NCBI GenBank assembly: GCA_041497195.1
Contig: JBGQGB010000002.1
Location: 44,140 to 108,139, forward strand
Direction: 5' to 3'
Length of the DNA stretch: 64,000 bases
Source: Candidatus Doudnabacteria bacterium
GTDB taxonomy: Bacteria > Patescibacteriota > Doudnabacteria > UBA920 > 2-01-FULL-46-14
The notes under the pieces were generated by a model. The model was not told the DNA's origin and ran no database searches. It was given only the letters and a program-made list of their open reading frames with translations. Both the position numbers and the translations under genes were made by a program. This document shows positions 45,374 to 54,477 of this stretch, one piece after another (within the stretch, counting starts at the first letter, position 1; the number at the start of each line of letters is the position of its first letter).

Positions 45374-46957
45374 ATGATCAGAACAGGACCTGTCATAAAA
45401 CTCAAAACTTTTTTATTGGCGACCCCAGTGGTGGTCGTCGGGCTTTTGGGCTTGGTCCCCGTGGCGCAGGCGGCCCCGGCTTTCAACGCTTTCCCGATCA
45501 GCTATACGCCGCAAACCAATATGGATTTGCCCATGATCGACGCCCGCAACGTCACCCAGAGCGGATCTTTCAGTACTTCCCAAGCTGACCATGATTCGGG
45601 CGTTTCCGCCAATCCCGGAGACGTCATCGAATTTGAAATTTACTATCACAACGCCGCCGTGGCCGAGGATGCCGCCACCAATGTCCTCATCAAGGCCTCC
45701 CTGCCCGGCGGGACCAGGCAGTCGCACGAGGCTTCCGCCACTATCAGTTCGGACCAGACGGCGACAGTCAGTAGCACTGACGCCTTCCGTGGCGGCAATA
45801 TTTTCATCAATATCAACGGCTCAGCGCAGACCCTGACCTTCATGCCCGGCTCGGTGCAATGGTTTCCCCAGCGATCTTCGACCGCCAGCTCTTTGTCCAA
45901 CTCGGACAATCTCCTGGGGAGCGGGGTCAATATCGGCACAGTCCAGGGTTGTTTCAATTTTTCCGGGTTTCTCACTTTTCAGGCGCAGGTGGGCAATCAA
46001 ACTACTACCACCACAACTCAAAATCAGAATTTGTCCATTTCCAAACAGGTTTTGAACGTGACTCGCGGGGACAACAATTACAACCAGTCCACCACAGCCA
46101 ATCCCGGCGATCGAGTCAGATTTCGCGTCTCTTTCAATACTTCCGGCACTGGTTCGCAGACCAATGTGATTGTCCGGGATATCTTGCCGCCGCAGTTGAG
46201 CTATGTCTCAGGCACTCTGCAGCTGGACGGGTCAGCGGTCTCCAATCAATTTGATTTTTTTGGCGCTGGCCTGAACCTCGGCACGCAATTTGCGGGGAAT
46301 TCCCATACCCTGATTTTTGACGCCAACGTGGCCCAGGGGCAGGCTTTCAGCGGGAGTTCTTCTTTAATAAACACTGCCAACGTCCGCAGCGACCAGGTCT
46401 TCACTCATCAGGATCAGGTCACTGTTTCGGTGCAACAGGTGCAGGGAGTGGCGCAATCCAGCCTCCGTAAAACCGCTTTCAACGTGACCCAGGGAGTCGA
46501 CGCCACTATCCGGCCCGCCAACCCGGGCGACATCATCGCCTATTCTTTGTACTTTAAAAATACCGGCCAAACTGCCATCAGTGGGGCCGTTATCCAGGAT
46601 GATATTTCTGACGTGGAGCAGCTCTCGCAGGTCGTGGATCAGGGGGGTGCCACTTCATTGAACGGGTCCATTGTCTATGCCCCGGTTGACGTGCCGGCGG
46701 GCGTGGAAGTCAGCCGGACTTTTCAGGTCAAAGTAATGGCTGCCAATCTAATCCCGAGCAATTCCGATTTGGTCATGGATAATGTTTATGGCAACGAAGT
46801 GCGCATTTTGGTGAACCGGCCCCAGGTCCGCGGCGCCACCGTGCCGCCTCGCACGGGGCCTAACGAATGGTTCCCGGTGGTGCTTGCGTCTTTGGCGACA
46901 GCAGGATATGCTGTGCGTAGGAAGTTGAAATCCCGCGTAGCTGCGATCGCGAAGTAA
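45374..46957 (+). CDS. Secreted DUF11 domain surface protein with LPxTG-like sorting signal (PPRTG)
   Basis: Paralog of 43460-45352; C-terminus PPRTG + hydrophobic FPVVLASLATAGYAV + RRKLKSR. Confidence 0.88.
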   Translation: MIRTGPVIKLKTFLLATPVVVVGLLGLVPVAQAAPAFNAFPISYTPQTNMDLPMIDARNVTQSGSFSTSQADHDSGVSANPGDVIEFEIYYHNAAVAEDAATNVLIKASLPGGTRQSHEASATISSDQTATVSSTDAFRGGNIFININGSAQTLTFMPGSVQWFPQRSSTASSLSNSDNLLGSGVNIGTVQGCFNFSGFLTFQAQVGNQTTTTTTQNQNLSISKQVLNVTRGDNNYNQSTTANPGDRVRFRVSFNTSGTGSQTNVIVRDILPPQLSYVSGTLQLDGSAVSNQFDFFGAGLNLGTQFAGNSHTLIFDANVAQGQAFSGSSSLINTANVRSDQVFTHQDQVTVSVQQVQGVAQSSLRKTAFNVTQGVDATIRPANPGDIIAYSLYFKNTGQTAISGAVIQDDISDVEQLSQVVDQGGATSLNGSIVYAPVDVPAGVEVSRTFQVKVMAANLIPSNSDLVMDNVYGNEVRILVNRPQVRGATVPPRTGPNEWFPVVLASLATAGYAVRRKLKSRVAAIAK

Positions 46958-47054
46958 CCGCTAAAAAAATATAAAATTTCAATTTGCAAAACCGCTTTTT
47001 CAGGCGGTTTTGTCTTCCTAAGAGCTAAAAATTCTTTATACACACCGAAAAACC

Positions 47055-48185
47055 ATGCTCAATCCGCAAACCATTGGCGATCTGGCACAGGCTTTTGAAT
47101 CCGCTCCGGGTGGTTTTTTGGTAGTTGACAGCGGGCGGCCGCGGTTTGCCGTTTTGACATTCGAGACTTATCAGAGTCTCAAGAGCGCTCCGGAAGTCCC
47201 ACAGCGCCTCAAACGCATCCTGGTCACCGGAGGCGCGGGGTATATCGGCTCCGTGACTGCGCGACTGCTCCGGCAGAATGGCTACGAGGTCATTATCTAC
47301 GACAATTTTTCCACCGGGCGGCGAGAAAACGTGAGCGGCTACAAAGTCATCGAGGGCGACCTGGCCGATCGCGCACTTTTGGACAAGGTTTTTCGCGAGG
47401 AGCAGATTGACGCGGTCATGCATTTTGCCGCCTTCATAGATGCCGGTGAATCGGTCCGGCAGCCGGATAACTATTTTCAAAACAACGTCGTCAACGGCCT
47501 CAACCTGCTGGACGCCATGGTCGCGCACAAAGTCGGCAAGCTGGTGTTTTCTTCCAGCGCCGCAGTATATGGAGATTCCGGAGAGCCGACCATAGCCGAG
47601 TCCTCCCCGTGCAGTCCCACCAATCCGTACGGTGACAGCAAACTCATTTTCGAAAAATTTTTGCGCTGGTACGGCTCCTCCTTCGGCCTTGATTCCGTGA
47701 GTCTGAGGTATTTCAACGCCGCTGGCGCGTGGCCGCAGGAGGGTTTGGGCTATGCCAACCGCGGCGGCGAATCACATTTGATTCCGCGAATTCTGGACGC
47801 GGCCATGGGCAAAATTCCCGAGATCGAAATTTACGGCCAGGATTATGCGACTCCGGACCGGACGTGCGTGCGCGACTATGTCCATGTTTTGGATTTGGCG
47901 GAAGCGCATCTTTTGGCTCTGAAAAAACTCCAGAAGGACACCGGGGTCCACGCGTACAATGTCGGCACCGGGCAGGGCCACTCGGTTCTGGAAGTGATCG
48001 AAAACGCCGTGGAGATAACCGGTCGGATGATTGCCATGAAATTTGGTTCACGCCGCCTGGGAGACCCGGCGAAACTGATTGCCAATAGCAGCAAACTGGG
48101 GCGCGAGTTTTCCTGGCGCCCGAAATACGGGCTCAAAGAAATCCTGGAAACATCCTGGGATTGGCACCAGCGAATCGGCAAATAG
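47055..48185 (+). CDS. galE: UDP-glucose 4-epimerase with N-terminal Phd/YefM-like extension
   Basis: ILVTGGAGYIGS, HFAA, FSSSAAVYG, NPYG.SK, LRYFNAAG, CVRDYVHV.DLA. Confidence 0.93.
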   Translation: MLNPQTIGDLAQAFESAPGGFLVVDSGRPRFAVLTFETYQSLKSAPEVPQRLKRILVTGGAGYIGSVTARLLRQNGYEVIIYDNFSTGRRENVSGYKVIEGDLADRALLDKVFREEQIDAVMHFAAFIDAGESVRQPDNYFQNNVVNGLNLLDAMVAHKVGKLVFSSSAAVYGDSGEPTIAESSPCSPTNPYGDSKLIFEKFLRWYGSSFGLDSVSLRYFNAAGAWPQEGLGYANRGGESHLIPRILDAAMGKIPEIEIYGQDYATPDRTCVRDYVHVLDLAEAHLLALKKLQKDTGVHAYNVGTGQGHSVLEVIENAVEITGRMIAMKFGSRRLGDPAKLIANSSKLGREFSWRPKYGLKEILETSWDWHQRIGK

Positions 48186-48231
48186 CTAAGCCCTGCGGCT
48201 GTCAGGGCTTTTTGTTATACTAAAAAAAGCT

Positions 48232-49098
48232 ATGCCAATAAACATTTCACAAAAATCCGCCGGCGATTTTTCCCTGCCGGCCCTGGGCTTGGGGACGTGG
48301 CAAATGGGCAGGGGAGGCGATGAAGCGGATGTGGCCGCGATCCAGGAAGCGATCCGCCTGGGGATCACGCACATTGATACGGCTGAGGTGTATTCCGACG
48401 GGCACAGTGAAGAAGTCATCGGCCGCGCGATCAAAGATTTTGACCGGGCGAATTTATTTATCACCAGCAAGGTTCGCGCCAGGCATCTTCGCCAGGATGA
48501 CGCCATTGCTTCCGCCAAAGCCAGCTTGCGGCGGTTGGGCCTCGCATATCTGGACCTATACCTGATCCACGGGCCCAATCCGGAGATTCCGCTCAAGGAG
48601 ACGTTTCGCGTTCTTGATTTTTTGTTTGAGCAAGGGCTCATCCGCCATCTGGGTGTTTGCAATTTCGATCAGCCGTTTTTGGAAGAGGCAATGGCAGCGA
48701 CAAAATATAAAATCGTCAACCATCAGATTCATTTCAATTTGAGTGCCAGGGCGTATGCGCAAAACGGCGTCCTGGATTTTTGCGAAAAACACCAAATTTT
48801 AATTACGGCCTGCCGGCCGCTGGCTCACGGACAATTCGCCCAGCCAGGCCACCCGCTCCTCGACAGCATGGCGGCAAAATACGGCAAGACCCCGGCGCAG
48901 ATCGCGCTCAATTGGGTGATGGCTCACAGAAACGTCGTGACTATAGTGAAAACTGCCAATCTTGAGCATTTGCGAGAGAACCTTGGTTCGCTCGGCTGGC
49001 AATTGGACCAAGCGGACATTCAGAAATTGACCCAGCAATTTCCCGTCGGGGAAACAAAATACGTTGGGATAGCCCCGGACCACAAACCCACGGTTTAG
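48232..49098 (+). CDS. Aldo/keto reductase
   Basis: LGLGTW, IDTAEVY, ITSK, LDLYLIH, GVCNF, AQIALNW. Confidence 0.95.
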   Translation: MPINISQKSAGDFSLPALGLGTWQMGRGGDEADVAAIQEAIRLGITHIDTAEVYSDGHSEEVIGRAIKDFDRANLFITSKVRARHLRQDDAIASAKASLRRLGLAYLDLYLIHGPNPEIPLKETFRVLDFLFEQGLIRHLGVCNFDQPFLEEAMAATKYKIVNHQIHFNLSARAYAQNGVLDFCEKHQILITACRPLAHGQFAQPGHPLLDSMAAKYGKTPAQIALNWVMAHRNVVTIVKTANLEHLRENLGSLGWQLDQADIQKLTQQFPVGETKYVGIAPDHKPTV

Positions 49099-49151
49099 CT
49101 AATATGTTATAATAAAGTCTGCGGATTTTTTTATTTTTTTCAAATCAACTA

Positions 49152-49904
49152 ATGGCTCGAAACATAAAATTATCAGTAGTGGTGCCAGCGTACAACGAGG
49201 GGAAGCGGATTGCGCAGACTTTGGAGGATATTGACCGCTACCTGGAGAGGCAAGGTTACGACTACGAGATTATTGTCGTCGATAACGGCAGTAAGGATAA
49301 TACCTGTGACGTCGTCAAAGAATATCAGGCCAAGGGCGTCAAAAACGTGGTCAGATTGTGTTTGTCCCAGAGTGTGGGCGCCAAAGGCAGTGCGGTCCGT
49401 CTCGGCATCGTGGATTATGCTCTGGGTGAGTACATCATGTTTATGGACGCGGACAATGCCACCCCGATTTCCGAGATAGAAAAATTCTGGCCGTATCTGG
49501 AGAATGGCCAATATCAGGTCGTCATCGGCTCCCGCTACGTGGCAGAGTCGGATGTGACCAAAAAACAGCCCCTTTACCGGATCGTCCTGAGCCGCCTGAG
49601 CAATATGCTCATCCAGCTTCTGGCGGTGCCGGGGATCAAAGACACCCAGCTCGGATTCAAGGCGTTTAGCCACGATGCGGCCAAAGACATTTTTGCCGCG
49701 GTGACAGTGCAGGGCTGGGGGTTTGACATGGAGGTTTTGACCATTGCCAAAACCCGCGGGTATAGAATCAAAGAAGTGGGCGTGCTCTGGCACGAGAGCG
49801 GCGGCAGCCACGTGCCCCTGACTGCGTATCTGCAAAGTTTGCGGGACCTCTTGAAAATTAAACTCAATTCCCTGGCGGGAAGATACGCAAAAAAAAGCAG
49901 ATGA
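49152..49904 (+). CDS. GT2 glycosyltransferase, dolichyl-phosphate beta-glucosyltransferase-like
   Basis: LSVVVPAYNE, VDNGS.D, KG.AVR.G, FMDAD, IGSR, DTQ.GFK, FD.E. Confidence 0.92.
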   Translation: MARNIKLSVVVPAYNEGKRIAQTLEDIDRYLERQGYDYEIIVVDNGSKDNTCDVVKEYQAKGVKNVVRLCLSQSVGAKGSAVRLGIVDYALGEYIMFMDADNATPISEIEKFWPYLENGQYQVVIGSRYVAESDVTKKQPLYRIVLSRLSNMLIQLLAVPGIKDTQLGFKAFSHDAAKDIFAAVTVQGWGFDMEVLTIAKTRGYRIKEVGVLWHESGGSHVPLTAYLQSLRDLLKIKLNSLAGRYAKKSR

Positions 49905-51940
49905 AAAAATTCCTCACCACTTTCCTAATACTGGTGGTATTCTCTGGCTATTTTCCAGGGGCTACAAACTTTTCTCAGCCGGGAGTTTTAATAGTCAGGC
50001 TCCGTGCCGGCACGCCGCCGTCTTTTCTCGCACCTTTTTCCCATACTCAGGATCAACTGTTTGACAATGTCTACCGGCTCAGTGTGGCGGACACGGCGCG
50101 GGCTTTGCAGTCGCTGCGAGCTGACACGCACGTCGTTTACGCCGAGACCGACGGAGCAGTGAAAACCACAGTCAACGCGGCCGACCCTTTGTTTGTGTTG
50201 GATACCCAAGCTTTGTCCAAGCAGTGGTATTTGCCGAAGATTCTCGTTCATCAAGCTTGGCAGCAGACCGTGGGCATCGGGATTACCATTGCTGTAGTTG
50301 ATACCGGCATTGACGGCAAACACGAGGACCTAAGCGACGGCCGCGTCATCGGCGGCTATGCCAGCTATTGCCAAGCCATGAGCCAGTCGGTACCCAATGA
50401 TTGTTTGATCAAAGTGAACGGCGAACTCGCCCCCGGCGTCAACTCTGACGACAACGGTCACGGCACCATTGTGGCCGGTCTCATCGGCGCGATTGCCAAT
50501 AACAACAAAGGCATTGCCGGGATTGACTGGAATGTCAAACTGATGCCGATCAAAGCGCTGGATGCGAGCGGCTCCGGCCTCGCTTCGGACGTAGCCACCG
50601 GCATCAAGTGGGCTGCTGATCACGGGGCCAAGATTATCAATATGTCAGTGGGCGGGCAGGGCCTCGACGGCCTGCAAGTGTTGCAGGATGCCATCACTTA
50701 TGCCTACAACAAGGGCGTGCTGATCGTGGCGGCGGCCGGCAACGACGCAGCTGAGAATGGGGCGGATCTCAACAACAGTCCCGTACTGCCTGTATGCGCG
50801 GACGGGGGGCGGAATATGGTCATTGGCGTGGCCGCCGTGGACGTAGCGGATCAAAAAGCCAAGTTTTCCAACTACGGCTCCAACTGCATCGATATCTCGG
50901 CGCCCGGCACCGGCAATTTTATTGACAAGGAACACAAGCAGGGCGTTGTTTCGACGTATTATGATCCGACCAAACCGGGCGAGCAGGACCTCTACGTTTA
51001 CGCGGCTGGTACTTCGGTCTCGGCTCCGATCATTAGCGGGGTGGCGGGCCTGATGATGTCCGCCTTTCCGGACCTGGATGCGAACGCGATCCGCACCCGA
51101 CTCTTAAGCTCCGTTGATAACATTGATTTGCAAAATCAGTCCGGTTGCGGCAGCGGCAGTTGCGTGGGGCAGCTCGGCAGCGGCCGCATCAATGCGCTCA
51201 AAGCCGTGACTTTGGCCACCACTTTCAATTCCGGCTCTCTTGTTCGCGATCCGCAGGGAAACATATTTTTAATTGAACAGGGCCTGAAGCGGCCGGTGTC
51301 GTCGTACGTGCTGGCGCAGCGGTTTGCGGGTGTGGCAGTGGTCGCGGCTTCAGCCAACCAGCTCGACAGTTTTCCCATCGGCTCCGCCCTGCCGCCCACA
51401 GACGGCGGCATAGTGAAGGACCAGAGCAATCCGACTGTGTATTTGATCGACGCTGGCCAGCGGCGCGCCATGTCATACATCGCTTTCATTTCCCGCGGTT
51501 TGCACTTCGAAAACATCACTATTTTGACCTCGCCAGAAATCACTTCATACCCTCAGGGCGCAGACGCTGCCGTGGTCAACGGCGCGCTTCTCAAGTCTGC
51601 TGATTCGCCGGCAGTGTACATTTTGAACAGCAATACCCGCGAGCTCCTTTCGTATTTTGTGTTCAAGCAGCGGAATTTCCGAAATCAAGTCATCGGCGTG
51701 TTGCCCCTGGACCAGCTGGGCCAATACCCTTTGGATCCGAACGGATTTTTGTATCCGCCTCTGGACGGGACCCTGATCCGCGGCGATAGTGTGGCGACCG
51801 TGTATGTGATTCAGGGTAGTACGCGCCACGGCCTCTCGCTGCAGGCATTTCAGAGTCACAATTACCGGTTTGCGGACGTCAATGTCCTGCCGCAAAGCGA
51901 AGTGAGCGGCTATCAAGCTGGCCCTGATATTTTGAACTAA
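49901..51940 (+). CDS. Secreted S8 subtilisin-like protease with four C-terminal ~58-aa repeats
   Basis: IAVVDTG, HGT.VAG, AAAGN, GTS.SAP; triad intact. Confidence 0.93.
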   Translation: MKKFLTTFLILVVFSGYFPGATNFSQPGVLIVRLRAGTPPSFLAPFSHTQDQLFDNVYRLSVADTARALQSLRADTHVVYAETDGAVKTTVNAADPLFVLDTQALSKQWYLPKILVHQAWQQTVGIGITIAVVDTGIDGKHEDLSDGRVIGGYASYCQAMSQSVPNDCLIKVNGELAPGVNSDDNGHGTIVAGLIGAIANNNKGIAGIDWNVKLMPIKALDASGSGLASDVATGIKWAADHGAKIINMSVGGQGLDGLQVLQDAITYAYNKGVLIVAAAGNDAAENGADLNNSPVLPVCADGGRNMVIGVAAVDVADQKAKFSNYGSNCIDISAPGTGNFIDKEHKQGVVSTYYDPTKPGEQDLYVYAAGTSVSAPIISGVAGLMMSAFPDLDANAIRTRLLSSVDNIDLQNQSGCGSGSCVGQLGSGRINALKAVTLATTFNSGSLVRDPQGNIFLIEQGLKRPVSSYVLAQRFAGVAVVAASANQLDSFPIGSALPPTDGGIVKDQSNPTVYLIDAGQRRAMSYIAFISRGLHFENITILTSPEITSYPQGADAAVVNGALLKSADSPAVYILNSNTRELLSYFVFKQRNFRNQVIGVLPLDQLGQYPLDPNGFLYPPLDGTLIRGDSVATVYVIQGSTRHGLSLQAFQSHNYRFADVNVLPQSEVSGYQAGPDILN

Positions 51941-51944
51941 TAAT

Positions 51945-53840
51945 ATGCGCGGCATCAAAACAAAAACTTTTGCTATTTTTTTGATTGGCCTTTTTCTATC
52001 CCAGCCTTTAGTGGCAGCTGCGGATGATGTTTTCAATCCCAGTCTGCTTATTGCGGACGAGCGGTTTTCTGATATCGGCACGCTCGGTGGGCCGGAAGGT
52101 ATCCAGAAATTCCTGGAAAGCAAAGGCAGTGTGCTCGGCAATACTTCTGCGGCGTTTTTGCAGAAATTACGCGAGCCCGGGGACCAGACGCTCAAAAGCC
52201 GTTTGCCAGACCCGCGCCCCAATCTCGGGCGGCTGCGCACTGCGGCTGAGCTCATCTATGACGCATCGACCTCGGCGGGTCTCAATCCCCAGGTCGTGCT
52301 CGTGACTTTGGAAAAAGAGCAGACCCTGATCGACGGCACCTTCAGCACGGATCAGAGTTTGCAGCGCGCCCTGGATCACGGATTGGGCTTTGGCTGCCCG
52401 GATGAGGGCGGCTGCAGCGACGTGTTCCTGGGGTTTTATTTCCAGCTCTTTGGCAATTTTGACTCGGGCGGCAACCGCTATATCGGCATGCCCATGTCCT
52501 TGATCCGCAGTTTCAACTACGAAGTCGGCGGCATCAGGGTGGGCCGCGGTCCGCTGGTGGATGCGAGTAATACCACTTTTGGCGGCGTACGGGTGCGCAC
52601 TGCCATAAAAGGCGACACTATCACCCTGGACAATACCCAAGGCCCTCCCAACAATGCCCAGCCCACGCAGGTGGTCACTCTGACCAATTTCGCCACTACA
52701 GCCCTCTATCGCTACACACCGCACGTGTATAATGGCAATTATAACTTTTACAAATTTTTCTCAGCCTGGTTCAAATATCCGGATGGGACTCTCATCCAAA
52801 CTTCCGGAGACCCGAGGATTTATGTGATTGACAGTGGCTTGCGCCGTCAGATTTCCCAGCTCGTTATCTCCCAGCGCGGGCTCAATCCCGCTAGTGTCAT
52901 CGCTTTGTCGAGTCTGGAATTTGCCGGCTTTTCCCTCGGTGATGTGATGGTGCCAAAAGAGGGGACAATACTCAAAAACTCAGCCGGCAAATATTATCTG
53001 ATAGAAAACCAGACTCGCAAACTCCTCTCTACCTTTGTGGCGACTCAGCGCAAGCTCAATCTCGCTACAGCTGTAGCAGTGCCTGATGACGAGCTCACTT
53101 CATACAAAGGCGGCGGGGTGGCTCTGCCCGCAGAAGGGACTCTGGTCAAATCCAGTGACAACCCCGCTGTCTATGTCATCACCAACAACCAAAAACGTCT
53201 GCTCTCTGCCTTTGTTTTCAAGCAGCGCAGTTATAAATTCGCTGATGTTTTGGCTGCTGCTCCGGGCGAGCTGGACTCATACCCGAGTGGCTCGGTGATG
53301 CCGCCTCTGGATGGCACACTGGTCAAGGCGAGTGAAGAGGCAGCAGTCTACTATGTCGGCAACGGGCAGCTGCAGCCCATGACGTTTTTCTCATTTACGC
53401 AAAACGGGTTCAAGTTCAAAGACGTCATAGCAGTGCCAAAAGCCGAGCTCATCGCCTGGCAAGTGGGCAAGCCCTTGCCGCCTCCCACTGGCCTGCTGGT
53501 CAAATCGCCGACAAGCCCTGGAGTGTACTATCTGGAGTCAGGCACCCGACGGCCAGTCTCATACGTGGTCTTTGTGTCGCGGCGGTTCGATTTCAAAAAA
53601 GTGATAGTGGCAGCTGACAGCGATATCGCGGCCATCGAGCTGGGGACACCTCTCGATCTGCCAAATTTGGCGCTGGTGAAAACTGCGGATAGTGGGACAG
53701 TGTATTATCTGGTGGATGGCACGCTGCGGCCGCTGACGCTGACTGCTTTCAAAAATCGCAGGCTTCTATTCAGCGACGTGGTGACCCTCAGTCCTGAGGA
53801 TTTCGCCAAATATCCCGTAGGAGCAGTGGTGCAGAATTGA
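51945..53840 (+). CDS. Secreted protein: putative lysozyme-like N-terminal domain plus six ~58-aa repeats
   Basis: LNPQV.LVTLEKEQ.L, GFGCPD..GC, ATTALYRYTPH; repeats GTL.K....AVY.I..G..R. Confidence 0.8.
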   Translation: MRGIKTKTFAIFLIGLFLSQPLVAAADDVFNPSLLIADERFSDIGTLGGPEGIQKFLESKGSVLGNTSAAFLQKLREPGDQTLKSRLPDPRPNLGRLRTAAELIYDASTSAGLNPQVVLVTLEKEQTLIDGTFSTDQSLQRALDHGLGFGCPDEGGCSDVFLGFYFQLFGNFDSGGNRYIGMPMSLIRSFNYEVGGIRVGRGPLVDASNTTFGGVRVRTAIKGDTITLDNTQGPPNNAQPTQVVTLTNFATTALYRYTPHVYNGNYNFYKFFSAWFKYPDGTLIQTSGDPRIYVIDSGLRRQISQLVISQRGLNPASVIALSSLEFAGFSLGDVMVPKEGTILKNSAGKYYLIENQTRKLLSTFVATQRKLNLATAVAVPDDELTSYKGGGVALPAEGTLVKSSDNPAVYVITNNQKRLLSAFVFKQRSYKFADVLAAAPGELDSYPSGSVMPPLDGTLVKASEEAAVYYVGNGQLQPMTFFSFTQNGFKFKDVIAVPKAELIAWQVGKPLPPPTGLLVKSPTSPGVYYLESGTRRPVSYVVFVSRRFDFKKVIVAADSDIAAIELGTPLDLPNLALVKTADSGTVYYLVDGTLRPLTLTAFKNRRLLFSDVVTLSPEDFAKYPVGAVVQN

Positions 53841-54093
53841 GGGATGATTACTTCAGCCCGATTCCCATCAGGCACCCCACCGAGCACGAACCGAGGATAA
53901 AGCCTCGCTTTTGGCCAGATAATTTCATATTCTTGACTCTAGTATAGCCTCCATGATACTATCTACACAGTAAGGGAGTGCTAAGAAATGGCGAGTTTAT
54001 TAGTCTGAATTGCTGTGAATCCCTTATTTGGAAATCGCTAAACCCACCGCCCTCTGGTTCGCCGGACGGCGGTTTTTAGTCTATAATTGTTAT

Positions 54094-54249
54094 ATGAAAA
54101 CGGCTATAGTTTTTATTGATGGAAATAATCTATATCACCGTATTAAAAGTGTGGCCGAGTTTTATTTGAGAGAAACGGGTAAAGAATACGGAACAATTAA
54201 TTTTGATTTCAAGAACTTTGGGATGGTATTTCCGTGTGACACCCAATAG
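54094..54249 (+). pseudogene. Truncated NYN/LabA (PIN-like) domain gene
   Basis: MKTAIVFIDGNNLYH..FDFKNF then premature stop at 51 aa; no continuation seen. Confidence 0.75.
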
Positions 54250-54477
54250 TATACGAATCCCGGGTAAAAGTCAATGGGAGGCGGTTTTGTCATCCGTTTT
54301 CTGTTTTAGCTTTTCTCGGGTGCCCAGCTGCTTATTTGAACGGGATAAAAAAACCGACCCCGCTTTCAAGGAAGCGTTGGACCAATTCGCGCGAATAGGC
54401 GAATAGCTTTGAGAGTGTTTTTTTCGGGGTCTACCTAGGTGACCGAAGCGTCAAGCCATTTGTGTTATAATTAGCCC

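Noticed and set aside
45999-46020. ACT/ACC trinucleotide run as a contingency repeat
   Set aside because: Imperfect and in frame; it simply encodes a poly-Thr linker
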